DNA of 64,000 nt from an uncultured Solirubrobacterales bacterium. Lineage in GTDB: Bacteria; Actinomycetota; Thermoleophilia; Solirubrobacterales; Solirubrobacteraceae. A program made the position numbers and the translations under genes. The notes under the pieces are model-generated. The model searched no databases and had not been told where the DNA came from. It saw only the letters and a list, made by a program, of their open reading frames with translations. Of this stretch, positions 36,062 to 45,160 are shown piece by piece. Each line of letters begins with the position of its first letter. Position 1 is the stretch's first letter. The stretch is from positions 77,838 to 141,837 of the forward strand of contig CAVVTO010000009.1 of the NCBI GenBank assembly GCA_963751185.1. Direction: 5' to 3'.

Positions 36062-36922
36062 TCAGCTGCGGCTGGTTGCAGCGGCCTCCGACTTGACGCC
36101 GCGCGACCAGACGGTCTCGGGCCGGCTCTCCGGCTCGCCGTCGACCTCGACATCGACCCGCTCGTTGAAGAAGCACAGCAGCCCGGCAATCCGACCCACG
36201 GCGGGCAGCGGATCGACGTAGTACCAGATCAGGTCCTTGACGAGGTCCCCGTCGCCGCGGCGCACCGCGTAATAGCTCGCCTTGCCCTTATACGGGCAGC
36301 CCGTGACCGTGTCCGTCGGCTCGAGCTCGGCGACCACGTCCTCGCGCGGGATATACCAGCGGATCGGCAGGTTCGATTCGAACAGGGCCATCGCGCGCTC
36401 GCTCTCGGCCAACAGTTCACCGTCCAGCGAGAACCGCAGGTGGCGCGAGGTCGGGATGACGTCGATCCGGTGGTAGGGATCGCGCGGGTGGACGAACACC
36501 TCCTCGTCCTCCTCGTACCAGTGATCCATCCGGTCGAAGTAAAAGGCGATCAGGTCCTTGAGCGGCTCCGCTCCCTCGAGCGGCTCTGGGTAGTACCAGG
36601 CACCGGCCTCGACGACCGTGTCGCCGACCCGGATCGTGTGGTAGGAGGCCTTACCCTTCTTGGGGCAGGTCGTATGCCGGTCGGAGGGCTCGAGCAGGTC
36701 GAGCCGGACGTCATCGGGCGGGAAGTAGTACGTCGGCTGAAGCCCTGATTCCGACTGCAGCACGACGCGCCGGCTGTCGGCGATCGTCTCCCCGCCGACC
36801 ACGACCCGGATCCACTTCGGCGAGGGCTCCATGTACAGAGCACGGCCCGGTGGCGGCGGTTCGAAGTTGAACGTTCCCGCCGGGTTCTTGCCCAAAGGCC
36901 CGGTGCCGGTCATCAGCCCCAT
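36062..36922 (-). CDS. Tandem DUF427 domain protein
   Basis: Two copies of the DUF427 pattern (...YYFPPDDV...CPKKGKASYHTI... and ...WYIPREDV...CPYKGKASYYAV...). Confidence 0.7.
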   Translation of the reverse strand: MGLMTGTGPLGKNPAGTFNFEPPPPGRALYMEPSPKWIRVVVGGETIADSRRVVLQSESGLQPTYYFPPDDVRLDLLEPSDRHTTCPKKGKASYHTIRVGDTVVEAGAWYYPEPLEGAEPLKDLIAFYFDRMDHWYEEDEEVFVHPRDPYHRIDVIPTSRHLRFSLDGELLAESERAMALFESNLPIRWYIPREDVVAELEPTDTVTGCPYKGKASYYAVRRGDGDLVKDLIWYYVDPLPAVGRIAGLLCFFNERVDVEVDGEPESRPETVWSRGVKSEAAATSRS

Positions 36923-37186
36923 CTGCTCGATGAAGCCTACCGCATGAAGAGTTCGCCGCCGGCGACAACCAGATCGATCGCCGGTTTTGCCCGGCGAGCC
37001 CCAGATGGAGCCGACCCGCATGCAGTCGATCTAGGCCCCCATGCGCCGGCGGCGGGTCGATTGTGGCGGAAACCTCATAAAACTTCAGCAAACTCGACGA
37101 ATGTTTGAGAGGGCTTTAGGCGCGGGCGTCGACGGGCTCCGTTCCAGAACGTCACGGCCCGAGATGCTGGCAGACTGGCCAGCGCT

Positions 37187-38629
37187 ATGAACTTCGCGCG
37201 CGACGTCGTCGAGGCCGCCCCGCCCGACCACAGGGCCCTGGTGGAGCTGGACCGCGACGGCAGCCGGCGCGAGTGGAGCTTCGGGGAGGTGGCCGATCAC
37301 AGCGCCCGCCTGGCCGGTTCGCTCCAGAGCCGCCACGGCGTCGGTCGCGGGGACGTGGTCATGACGCTGATCGGCAGCCGCCCCGAATGGGTGCTCACCA
37401 TGATCGCCTGCTTTCGCCTCGGCGCGGTGGCGCTCGCCTGCAACGAGCAGCTGCGCGCCCATGACCTGGCCCAGCGCCTCGCCGCGGCGCGCCCCAAGCT
37501 GATCGTCGCCGACGAGCGCAACCTCGGCGAGCTGTCGGGCGCCCGACCGGATTGCCCGGTCCTGACCGTTCCCGACGAGGCGCTGTGGGCCGGCGAGCCG
37601 GCCCCGGTCGTCGAGCTCGAGCTCGGCGACCCCTGCCTGATCACCTTCACCAGCGGGACGACCGGCGATGCGAAAGGCGTCGTTCATGGCCAGCGCTACC
37701 TGCCGGGCCAGCGCCTGCAGGCCGAGCACTGGCTCGACGCCCAGACCGGCGAGCTCGTCTGGTGCACCGCCGCCACCGGCTGGTCGAAGTCCGCGCGCAA
37801 CGTGTTCATCGCCCCGTGGCTTCGGGGCGCCGCTGCACTGCTGCACGACGAGCGCTTCGACCCGGCGCGGCGGCTCGAGCTGCTCAGCACCGAGCGGGTC
37901 AACGTGCTCTGCATGGCCCCTACCGAGTACCGCCTGATGGCCAAGCGGGTGGAGCTGCATCCGGTGCCGGGGCTGCGCTCGCTCGCGGCCGCCGGCGAGG
38001 CGCTGAACCCCGACGTGATCCGCGCCTTCCGCGAGGCCACGGGGCTCGAGATCCGCGACGGCTACGGCCAGACCGAGACCGGCCAGCTGACCGCCAACCC
38101 GCTCGGGCAGCCGGTCCGCCTCGGCTCGATGGGTCGTCCCCTGCCGGGAGTCGACCTCATAGTGCAAGACGGGGAGCTGGTGCTGAACGACCCGAGCACC
38201 GACCCCACCTTTTTCGTCGGATACGTCGACGGCGAGCGGGCTCCGGTCAACCAGCCATGGCGGACGGGCGATCGGGTCACCCGCGACGACGACGGCTATC
38301 TGTACTTCGAGGGGCGCACCGACGATGTGATCATCTCCGCCGGCTACCGGATCGGGCCGTTCGAGGTCGAATCCGCGCTGGTCTCCCACGCCGCCGTGGC
38401 CGAGGCGGCGGTCGTGGCCGCACCCGACGAGGAGCGCGGCGCCGTGGTGCGCGCCGTGATCGTCCTGCGTGACGGCTACGCCCCGGGACGCGACCTCGCG
38501 ACCGAGCTCCAGGAGCACGTCAAGCACGAGACCGCCCCGTACAAGTACCCGCGCATCGTCGAATTCGCCGAGGCGCTGCCCAAGACGGCGTCGGGGAAGA
38601 TCCAGCGGGCTAAGTTAAGGAACGGATGA
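37187..38629 (+). CDS. AMP-dependent acyl-CoA synthetase/ligase
   Basis: ITFTSGTTGDAKG, DGYGQTETG, WRTGD, KTASGKIQR. Confidence 0.9.
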   Translation: MNFARDVVEAAPPDHRALVELDRDGSRREWSFGEVADHSARLAGSLQSRHGVGRGDVVMTLIGSRPEWVLTMIACFRLGAVALACNEQLRAHDLAQRLAAARPKLIVADERNLGELSGARPDCPVLTVPDEALWAGEPAPVVELELGDPCLITFTSGTTGDAKGVVHGQRYLPGQRLQAEHWLDAQTGELVWCTAATGWSKSARNVFIAPWLRGAAALLHDERFDPARRLELLSTERVNVLCMAPTEYRLMAKRVELHPVPGLRSLAAAGEALNPDVIRAFREATGLEIRDGYGQTETGQLTANPLGQPVRLGSMGRPLPGVDLIVQDGELVLNDPSTDPTFFVGYVDGERAPVNQPWRTGDRVTRDDDGYLYFEGRTDDVIISAGYRIGPFEVESALVSHAAVAEAAVVAAPDEERGAVVRAVIVLRDGYAPGRDLATELQEHVKHETAPYKYPRIVEFAEALPKTASGKIQRAKLRNG

Positions 38630-39414
38630 GCGACCAGATGGACCGGACGAGCGAGGAGGTGGACCGGATGAGCGACCGCCGACCCGTGATCGGCATCTGC
38701 ACCGTGCTGGCCCGGGCCCGGTGGGGCGTGTGGGAGCGCGACGCGGCGCTGCTGGCCGTCAGCTACATCGCCGCCATCCAGCGCGCCGGCGGCCTGGCGC
38801 TCATGCTCCCGCCGGACGAGTACTTCGAGCGGAACCCCGACGAGGTGCTCGACCTGCTCGACGGCCTCATCCTGGCCGGTGGCGATGACATCGATCCCGC
38901 CTGCTATGGCGCCCAGGCCCACCCCGAGACCAAGCACTTCGTTCCCCAGCGCGACGCGGCCGAACTCGCGTTGGCCCGCCGGGCAATCGCCCGCGACCTG
39001 CCCGTGCTCGGGATCTGCCGCGGGATGCAGTTGATGAACGTGGCGTTCGGCGGCACGCTCAGCCAGCACCTGCCCGAAGAGCTCGGCCACGAAGACCACC
39101 GCCGCACCCCGGGAAGCTTCGACGACGCCGACCACGACATCCGCCTCACCCCCGGCTCGCTCGCGGCGCGCGCCGCCGGCGAGGAGCTTCACCCCTCCAA
39201 GTCTCACCACCACCAGGGTGTCGACGCGATTGCCGCCGGCTTCGAGGTCACCGGGTTCTCAGCGCTCGACGATCTGCCCGAGGCGATCGAGGCGCCCGAC
39301 CGCCGCTTCGTGCTCGGCGTCCAGTGGCATCCGGAGGCCGACAAGGACAGCCGCATCGTGTCCGCGCTCGTCGAGGCCGCAGCCGAGTACAGGCTGCTGC
39401 CCGCAGCGCCTTAG
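38626..39414 (+). CDS. Class-I glutamine amidotransferase / peptidase C26 (PuuD-like gamma-glutamyl hydrolase)
   Basis: PVLGICRGMQLMNVAFGGTL...HHHQGV...GVQWHPE. ATGA overlap with the synthetase gene. Confidence 0.8.
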   Translation: MSDQMDRTSEEVDRMSDRRPVIGICTVLARARWGVWERDAALLAVSYIAAIQRAGGLALMLPPDEYFERNPDEVLDLLDGLILAGGDDIDPACYGAQAHPETKHFVPQRDAAELALARRAIARDLPVLGICRGMQLMNVAFGGTLSQHLPEELGHEDHRRTPGSFDDADHDIRLTPGSLAARAAGEELHPSKSHHHQGVDAIAAGFEVTGFSALDDLPEAIEAPDRRFVLGVQWHPEADKDSRIVSALVEAAAEYRLLPAAP

Positions 39415-39433
39415 CGAAGCGACCAGCGGCGGC

Positions 39434-40609
39434 TTAGCGAAGCGGCCCAGGCTCGGAGTAGCCGGCCGCTCGCACCGCGTCGACTATGCGGCGCGCATGC
39501 GCCGGGCCTCGCGTTTCCAGGACCAGCTGGACCGCGGTCTCGCGCACGTGGAGGTCGAGCCCCTCGCGGATGTGCTCGACGTCCAGCAGGTTCGCGCGAA
39601 GCTCGCCCACGAGCGTCAGCAGCCGCGCCAGCGAGCCGGGGCGATCAGGCAGCGAGGCGAGGAGCACGAGCCGCCGCCTCGACTGGCTCTCATGGCGGCG
39701 CGCCACCTCGCCCAACAGACCCGCGTCGACGTTGCCGCCCGACAGCACCACGACCGTGGTGCCGTGCTCAGCCGGTGACAGCCGCCCGGCGAGCAGCGCG
39801 GCCACCCCGACGGCGCCCGCGCCCTCGACGACCAGCTTGGCCCGTTCGAGCAGGAACACCATCGCCTCGGCGACCTCGTCCTCCTCCACGCACACCAGCT
39901 GGTCGACCCAGCGGTCGATCAACGACAACGTGAGCTCGCCCGGGCGCTTGACGGCGATCCCGTCGGCGATCGTCAGCGCCGAGGTGACGGGCACCGGTCT
40001 CCCGGCGGCAAGCGAGCCCGGCATGGGGGCGCAGCTGGCCACCTGGACCCCGGCCACCTCGATTTCCTTGCGCGCCGACTTGACCGCGATCGCGATCCCG
40101 CTGATCAGACCGCCTCCCCCGACGGGCACGATCACCCGCGCCAGGTCGGGCACCTGCTCGAGCAGCTCGAGTCCGAGCGTTCCCTGCCCGGCGATCACGT
40201 CCCGGTCCTCGAACGGGTGCACGAACGCCATCCGCTCGTCCTCGGCGGCCAGCGCGTGAGCGGCCTCGAGCGCATCGTCGACGCTCGTGCCGACCATTCG
40301 CACGTCCGCGCCCAGCGCCTCGGCCGCTTCGACCTTCGCGATCGGGGCCGGCTCGGGCATGAACACAACGCAGCGCACGCCCCGCGCCCGGGCGGCATAC
40401 GCCACCGCCTGGGCATGGTTGCCGGCGCTACCGGTGACCACGCCCTCGGCACACGCGTCGCCCAGGGCTGTGAGCTTGTTCAGCGCACCGCGGAGCTTGA
40501 ACGACCCGGTCCGCTGGAGATTCTCGGTCTTCAGGACCACCGTCCCGCCCACCCGCTCGCTGAGCGTCCGCGAGCTCAGCACCGGCGTCTCCTTGACCAC
40601 CCCGGCCAC
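39434..40609 (-). CDS. ilvA: Threonine ammonia-lyase (threonine dehydratase) with C-terminal ACT-like domain
   Basis: ENLQRTGSFKLRGA (PLP Lys), GSAGNHAQAVA, GGGGLISG. The true start is probably upstream of the first canonical start codon (see findings). Confidence 0.85.
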   Translation of the reverse strand: MAGVVKETPVLSSRTLSERVGGTVVLKTENLQRTGSFKLRGALNKLTALGDACAEGVVTGSAGNHAQAVAYAARARGVRCVVFMPEPAPIAKVEAAEALGADVRMVGTSVDDALEAAHALAAEDERMAFVHPFEDRDVIAGQGTLGLELLEQVPDLARVIVPVGGGGLISGIAIAVKSARKEIEVAGVQVASCAPMPGSLAAGRPVPVTSALTIADGIAVKRPGELTLSLIDRWVDQLVCVEEDEVAEAMVFLLERAKLVVEGAGAVGVAALLAGRLSPAEHGTTVVVLSGGNVDAGLLGEVARRHESQSRRRLVLLASLPDRPGSLARLLTLVGELRANLLDVEHIREGLDLHVRETAVQLVLETRGPAHARRIVDAVRAAGYSEPGPLR

Positions 40610-40664
40610 GGTCGACGCGGCCCGGCGGAAGTCCTCGGGCGTGAGGGGCGCGGCTTGCGCCGTG

Positions 40665-41057
40665 TCAGTCAGGGATCGCCACCACGGCGTCGATCTCCAC
40701 CAGCGCCCCGCGCGGCAGGCCCGCCACCGCGATCGCCACCCGCGCCGGCGGATCCGACTCGAAGAACGATTCGTACACCTCGTTGACCGACGCGAACGCA
40801 GCCATGTCGGTCAGGTACACCGTAAGACGAACCGCATCACCCAGCGTGGCGCCGGCCGCTTGGCACACCGCGGCCAGGTTCTCCAGGCAGCGCCCGGCCT
40901 GGTGGGCGGCCGTCGTGCCCACGATCTCGCCGCTCTTCGGGTCGAGCGGGATCTGGCCGGAGCAGAAGAGCAGGTCACCCGTGCGCACGGCGTGGACGTA
41001 CGGGCCGACAGCCTCGGGGGCGCCGGGCGCGTTGATCAACTCGCGATGTGCTGGCAA
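40665..41057 (-). CDS. ridA: RidA/YjgF-family reactive-intermediate deaminase
   Basis: INAPGAPEAVGPYVHAVRTGDLLFCSGQIPLDP...ARVAIAVAGLPRGALVEIDAV. Start chosen at TTG 41057, which follows a GAGGAGGAGG Shine-Dalgarno. Confidence 0.85.
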   Translation of the reverse strand: MPAHRELINAPGAPEAVGPYVHAVRTGDLLFCSGQIPLDPKSGEIVGTTAAHQAGRCLENLAAVCQAAGATLGDAVRLTVYLTDMAAFASVNEVYESFFESDPPARVAIAVAGLPRGALVEIDAVVAIPD

Positions 41058-41141
41058 CGGAACCTCCTCCTCGTCCGGGCGGGATTCAAAGCCTAGTGGG
41101 CTCGGCACGGCCGAGTCCACGACTGAGGGTAGGCTCAGGCT

Positions 41142-43103
41142 GTGGCAAATCGCCTCGCCGCCGAGAGCTCACCGTATCTGCTCCAGCACAAGGACAACCC
41201 CGTCGACTGGTACGCGTGGGGCGAGGAGGCGCTCGCCCGGGCCCGCGAGGATGACCGCCCGCTGCTCGTCTCGATCGGCTACTCGGCTTGCCACTGGTGC
41301 CATGTGATGGCGCACGAGTCCTTCGAGGACCCGGCCATCGCTGCGCTCATGAACGAGCGGCTCGTGTGCGTGAAGGTCGACCGCGAGGAGCGCCCAGACG
41401 TGGACGCAATCTGCATGGAGGCCTGTCAGGCGATGACCGGCCATGGCGGCTGGCCGCTGAACGCCTTCCTCACCCCCGAGGGAGTTCCGTTCTACGCCGG
41501 GACGTACTTCCCGCCGCAGTCGCGTCACGGACTCCCGAGCTGGCGAATGGTGCTCGACGGCGTGAGCGAGGCGTGGGCGAACCGGCGCGAGGAGATCCGC
41601 GAGCAGGGCGTGCGGATTGTGGAGCTTCTCGGCGCCACCCAGCGGATCGAACCGTCAGCTGAGCCGATACGGGAGGAGCTGATCGATCAGGCGGTCGACT
41701 CGCTGCGCGCCACGTATGACGGCGTGAACGGGGGGTTCGGGGGTGCTCCCAAATTCCCGCCGGCGTCGGTAATCGAGCTGCTGCTGGCGCGCGGCGAGCG
41801 CGAGATGTCGCTGGGCACGCTCGCGGCAATGGCCCGTGGCGGCATCTACGACCAGATCGGAGGCGGCTTCGCGCGCTACTCGGTCGATGCCACCTGGAGC
41901 GTGCCGCACTTCGAAAAGATGCTCTACGACAACGCGCTGCTCGCGCGGGCCTATCTCCATGGATGGCAGGTGTCGGGGGAGGAGCGTTTCCGGCGCGTGT
42001 GCTGCGAGACGCTCGACTGGGCGCTGCGCGAGATGCAAGGACCCGAGGGCGGGTTCTGTGCGGCGCTTGACGCCGACTCCGAGGGCGTCGAGGGGAAGTT
42101 CTACGTGTGGACCGAGGCTGAGATCCGGGACGCGCTCGGCTCCGACGCGCTCGCCGACCAAGCCCTCGACTACTTTCGCCCACACCGGTTCGAGCACGGA
42201 CTGATCCTCGAAGGTCGCGGCCCCGAGCCCGCGCCCGAGGCCCTGGCCGAGATCAAGGCGCTTCTGCTCGCGGTTCGCTCGGGCCGCGTCCGCCCGGGTC
42301 TCGACGACAAGCGGCTGACCGCCTGGAACGCGTTGATGATCACGGCACTGGCCGAGGCCGGCGCCGTGCTCGAGCGCTCGGACTACCTCGCGGCGGCGGA
42401 CCGCTGCGCCACGTTCGTGCTGAGCGATCTGCGTGACGGCGATGGCCGCCTGTTACGCACCTGGAAGGACGGGCGCGGGCGGATCGAGGCGTATCTCGAG
42501 GACTACGCGTTTCTGCTTGAGGCGCTGCTCGGGTGCTACGAGGCCAGCGGTGCGCCGCGCTGGTTCGCCGAGGCGCGCGGCCTGGCCGACGCGATGTTCG
42601 AGCGCTTCTCGGACCGCGACCGCGGCGGGTTCTTCACCACTGCTTCCGATCACGAGACGCTCGCAGCACGGCGCAAGGACCTCGAGGACACCCCGATCCC
42701 GTCGGGGAACTCAGCGGCGGCTTTCGGGTTGCTGCGGCTTGGGCTGTTGGCCGGCGAGGCCCGTTATGAGAATCAGGCGGTTGGGGTACTGCGGCTCCTG
42801 TTCCCGTTGGCGGTCCGCCACCCGCATGCTTTCGGGCATCTCCTGCAAGCCGCCGACTTCTACCTAACGCCGGTGAAGGAGGTGGCGATCGTGGGACCGG
42901 AGCCTTCGGCGAGCGAGCTCGTGCGCGTGGTACGCGGCGCCTATCGCCCGCACCTCGTGCTCGCCGCCGGCGACGCTCCCAACGGGGTGCCGCTGCTCGA
43001 GGGCCGCGAGCCGGTCGACGGCCACGCCGCCGCCTACGTGTGCGAGCACTTCGTCTGCCAGGCGCCCGTCACCAGCCCTGCTGAGCTCGCGGCCGCTTTG
43101 TAA
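41142..43103 (+). CDS. DUF255 thioredoxin-domain protein (YyaL/SSP411-like; N-terminal Trx-like, C-terminal six-hairpin glycosidase-like)
   Basis: [59 protein letters not shown]. Confidence 0.85.
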   Translation: MANRLAAESSPYLLQHKDNPVDWYAWGEEALARAREDDRPLLVSIGYSACHWCHVMAHESFEDPAIAALMNERLVCVKVDREERPDVDAICMEACQAMTGHGGWPLNAFLTPEGVPFYAGTYFPPQSRHGLPSWRMVLDGVSEAWANRREEIREQGVRIVELLGATQRIEPSAEPIREELIDQAVDSLRATYDGVNGGFGGAPKFPPASVIELLLARGEREMSLGTLAAMARGGIYDQIGGGFARYSVDATWSVPHFEKMLYDNALLARAYLHGWQVSGEERFRRVCCETLDWALREMQGPEGGFCAALDADSEGVEGKFYVWTEAEIRDALGSDALADQALDYFRPHRFEHGLILEGRGPEPAPEALAEIKALLLAVRSGRVRPGLDDKRLTAWNALMITALAEAGAVLERSDYLAAADRCATFVLSDLRDGDGRLLRTWKDGRGRIEAYLEDYAFLLEALLGCYEASGAPRWFAEARGLADAMFERFSDRDRGGFFTTASDHETLAARRKDLEDTPIPSGNSAAAFGLLRLGLLAGEARYENQAVGVLRLLFPLAVRHPHAFGHLLQAADFYLTPVKEVAIVGPEPSASELVRVVRGAYRPHLVLAAGDAPNGVPLLEGREPVDGHAAAYVCEHFVCQAPVTSPAELAAAL

Positions 43104-43106
43104 GAT

Positions 43107-44309
43107 TTGCCCATCGGGAGGATCCGTCGCACGACGCAGTTTCTCGGTGCGTTCCTGGTGGTGCTGGGATTGCTGCCCGCCGCTGCAGCTGCAAGCAACA
43201 CGCTCGGCACGTACGGGACGCTCAGCTCGGGCCAGTCGATCGTCTCGCCCGACGGTCACTACGAGCTGATGATGCAGAGCGACGGGAACCTCGTCGAGTC
43301 CATCGTCGGCGGTCGCGTCCTCTGGCAGAGCCGCACGGGCGGCGACACTGGGTCGCACGCCGTCATGCAGCCGGGGGGGAACCTCGCCGTGTACAACTCG
43401 GCCGGCGCCGCCGTCTACAGCAGCAACAGCCGCGGCACTGGTTGCCCGCAGCTCGTCATCCAGGACGACGGGAACGTGGTCATCTACTCCCCCCGAGCCA
43501 TCTGGTCGTCGGCCACGGTGCAGAGCTTGATGGAGCCCGGGGACTTGCTCCGTCCGGGCTGGAGCATCTACTCGCCCTCCGAGCAACTCCAGCTGATCAT
43601 GCAGGACGACGGGAACCTGGTGCTCTACGACGGCGCCGGCAAGGCGCTGTGGGCGAGCGGAACCGACCACCATTCCGGCGCCTACGCGACGATGCAGACC
43701 GACGGCAATTTCGTCGTCTATCCCCCGAGCGGCCGCGCCCTGTGGGCCAGCGACACCGACCACCACGCCGGCGCCTTTCTTTCCCTGCAGAGCGACGGCA
43801 ACCTGGTCGTCTACCAAGGATCCACGCCGCTGTGGGCGAGCAAGACCAACGGCAAGCAAGCCGGAGGCTCGCTGGGAGGAAAGCCGCCCACCGCGGTCAC
43901 GTCCTGCCCGGCGCCCGCGCCGCCGCCGCCGCCCCAACCCGTGGTGACCACGCCGGTCGCCACGACCGTTCCGGTGTCCGTCGCGCCCCACGCCCTCGCG
44001 GTCAGGATCCGGCTCAGCTGGACCTGGAACCACGCCACCACTCACCTGCACGTGGCCAAGATCGGCAGCTTCCCGGGACGCTCGCAGATCTTCGTTCAGT
44101 GTCGCGGCAAGGGTTGTCCACACAAGCACAACATCAGCGCCAGCGGCGCGCGCAATGTGCGGCGACTCCTGCACAAACTGCACGGCAGGCGCTACCGCGC
44201 CGGCGACCGAGTCCTGATCATCCTGAAGGCACCCGGCTACCTGCCCGAGCGGGCGCTGGTGCGGATCCGCAACGGCCGGCTGCCCGAGATCATCCCGCTC
44301 GGGGAGTGA
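43107..44309 (+). CDS. Secreted protein: two bulb-type (B-) lectin domains, a Pro-rich linker, and a conserved basic C-terminal module
   Basis: Signal peptide (FLGAFLVVLGLLPAAAAAS). Six QxDxNxVxY-type subdomain motifs: QSDGNLV, QPGGNLAVY, QDDGNVVIY, QDDGNLVLY, QTDGNFVVY, QSDGNLVVY. PAPAPPPPPQP linker. Confidence 0.75.
   Translation: MPIGRIRRTTQFLGAFLVVLGLLPAAAAASNTLGTYGTLSSGQSIVSPDGHYELMMQSDGNLVESIVGGRVLWQSRTGGDTGSHAVMQPGGNLAVYNSAGAAVYSSNSRGTGCPQLVIQDDGNVVIYSPRAIWSSATVQSLMEPGDLLRPGWSIYSPSEQLQLIMQDDGNLVLYDGAGKALWASGTDHHSGAYATMQTDGNFVVYPPSGRALWASDTDHHAGAFLSLQSDGNLVVYQGSTPLWASKTNGKQAGGSLGGKPPTAVTSCPAPAPPPPPQPVVTTPVATTVPVSVAPHALAVRIRLSWTWNHATTHLHVAKIGSFPGRSQIFVQCRGKGCPHKHNISASGARNVRRLLHKLHGRRYRAGDRVLIILKAPGYLPERALVRIRNGRLPEIIPLGE
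43986..44285 (+). repeat. Copy 1 of a 300-nt duplicated coding module (shared C-terminal domain)
   Basis: PHALAVRIRLSWTWNHATTHLHVAKIGSFPGRSQIFVQCRGKGCPHKHN...GRRYRAGDRVLIILKAPGYLPERALVRIRNGRLP. Long runs of DNA identity with 44836-45135. Confidence 0.85.
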
Positions 44310-44325
44310 CACACACGGTGCTGAG

Positions 44326-45159
44326 ATGAGGAAATTCCTCCGGGCGTCGATCGCCGTCACCATCCTCGCGGGTGGCTTCCTGCTCGCGACGACGCTGGCC
44401 GCGATGGCCTCGACCAACGTCACGGTCAGTCCCCGCGACAACTGCGGCGGCTTCAACGGGCACGTGGTATGGGAGGGTGGCAGCAGTCCCTACATCCAGC
44501 TCTACGGCGAGGTCTGGGACACCGGCTGCCCGGGGAGCACATCGGTGTGGCTCGCGTGGGACAGCCCGAGCTATCACAACATCCAGGCCAACAGCGCCAA
44601 CGAGCCGGACACCGAAGGCGTCAATTACGAGACCGGCACCTCGACCACCCCGACCGCCGTCAAGGTGACGGTGTGCAGCACCAACGGGGGGTGGCACTGC
44701 GGCACCCCGGTGTCGGTGCCGACGGTCTCGACTCCGCCCCCGACGAGCCCGCCGCCGACCCCTTCGCCCACGCCGACCTCGCCGGAGCCGGTGGTCACCA
44801 CACCGACGAGTACATCGATCCCCCAGCCCACCACGCCTCACGAGCTCGCCGTGGCGCTCCAGATGAGCTGGACCTGGGATGCCGCCACCACCCGCCTGCA
44901 CGGGACGAAGCTCGGCAGTCTGCCGGGCCGCACCCAGATCTTCGTTCAATGCCGCGGCAAGGGGTGTCCCGGTAAGCACAACGTCAGCGCGGATGGAGCC
45001 CGCAACGTGCGCCGGCTCCTGCGCCGTCTGCACGGCAGGCGCTACCGCGCCGGCGACCGAGTCCTGATCATCCTGAGGGCGCCCGGCTACCTGCCCGAGC
45101 GGGCGCTCGTGAAGATCCGGGACGGCCGGCTCCCGCGGGTCACCCTGCTGCCGGCCTAG
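44326..45159 (+). CDS. Secreted Cys-containing protein with a Pro/Thr linker and the same C-terminal module
   Basis: Signal peptide (ILAGGFLLATTLAAMAST). Four Cys in the N-domain. PPPTSPPPTPSPTPTSPEP linker. The C-terminal 100 aa are almost identical to those of 43107-44309. Confidence 0.7.
   Translation: MRKFLRASIAVTILAGGFLLATTLAAMASTNVTVSPRDNCGGFNGHVVWEGGSSPYIQLYGEVWDTGCPGSTSVWLAWDSPSYHNIQANSANEPDTEGVNYETGTSTTPTAVKVTVCSTNGGWHCGTPVSVPTVSTPPPTSPPPTPSPTPTSPEPVVTTPTSTSIPQPTTPHELAVALQMSWTWDAATTRLHGTKLGSLPGRTQIFVQCRGKGCPGKHNVSADGARNVRRLLRRLHGRRYRAGDRVLIILRAPGYLPERALVKIRDGRLPRVTLLPA
44836..45135 (+). repeat. Copy 2 of the 300-nt duplicated coding module
   Basis: PHELAVALQMSWTWDAATTRLHGTKLGSLPGRTQIFVQCRGKGCPGKHN...GRRYRAGDRVLIILRAPGYLPERALVKIRDGRLP. 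Confidence 0.85.
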
Positions 45160-45160
45160 C

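Noticed and set aside
37085-38527. A 480-aa minus-strand ORF that exactly mirrors the acyl-CoA synthetase gene
   Set aside because: The plus-strand frame has the unambiguous AMP-binding motifs (TSGTTGDAKG, GYGQTE). The antisense translation has no recognisable motifs and a biased composition.
43107-45159. The lectin and Cys-rich proteins as T7SS substrates
   Set aside because: Both have classical N-terminal Sec signal peptides and lack WXG/LXG-type helical N-termini. Any link to the T7SS-like locus is by neighbourhood only.
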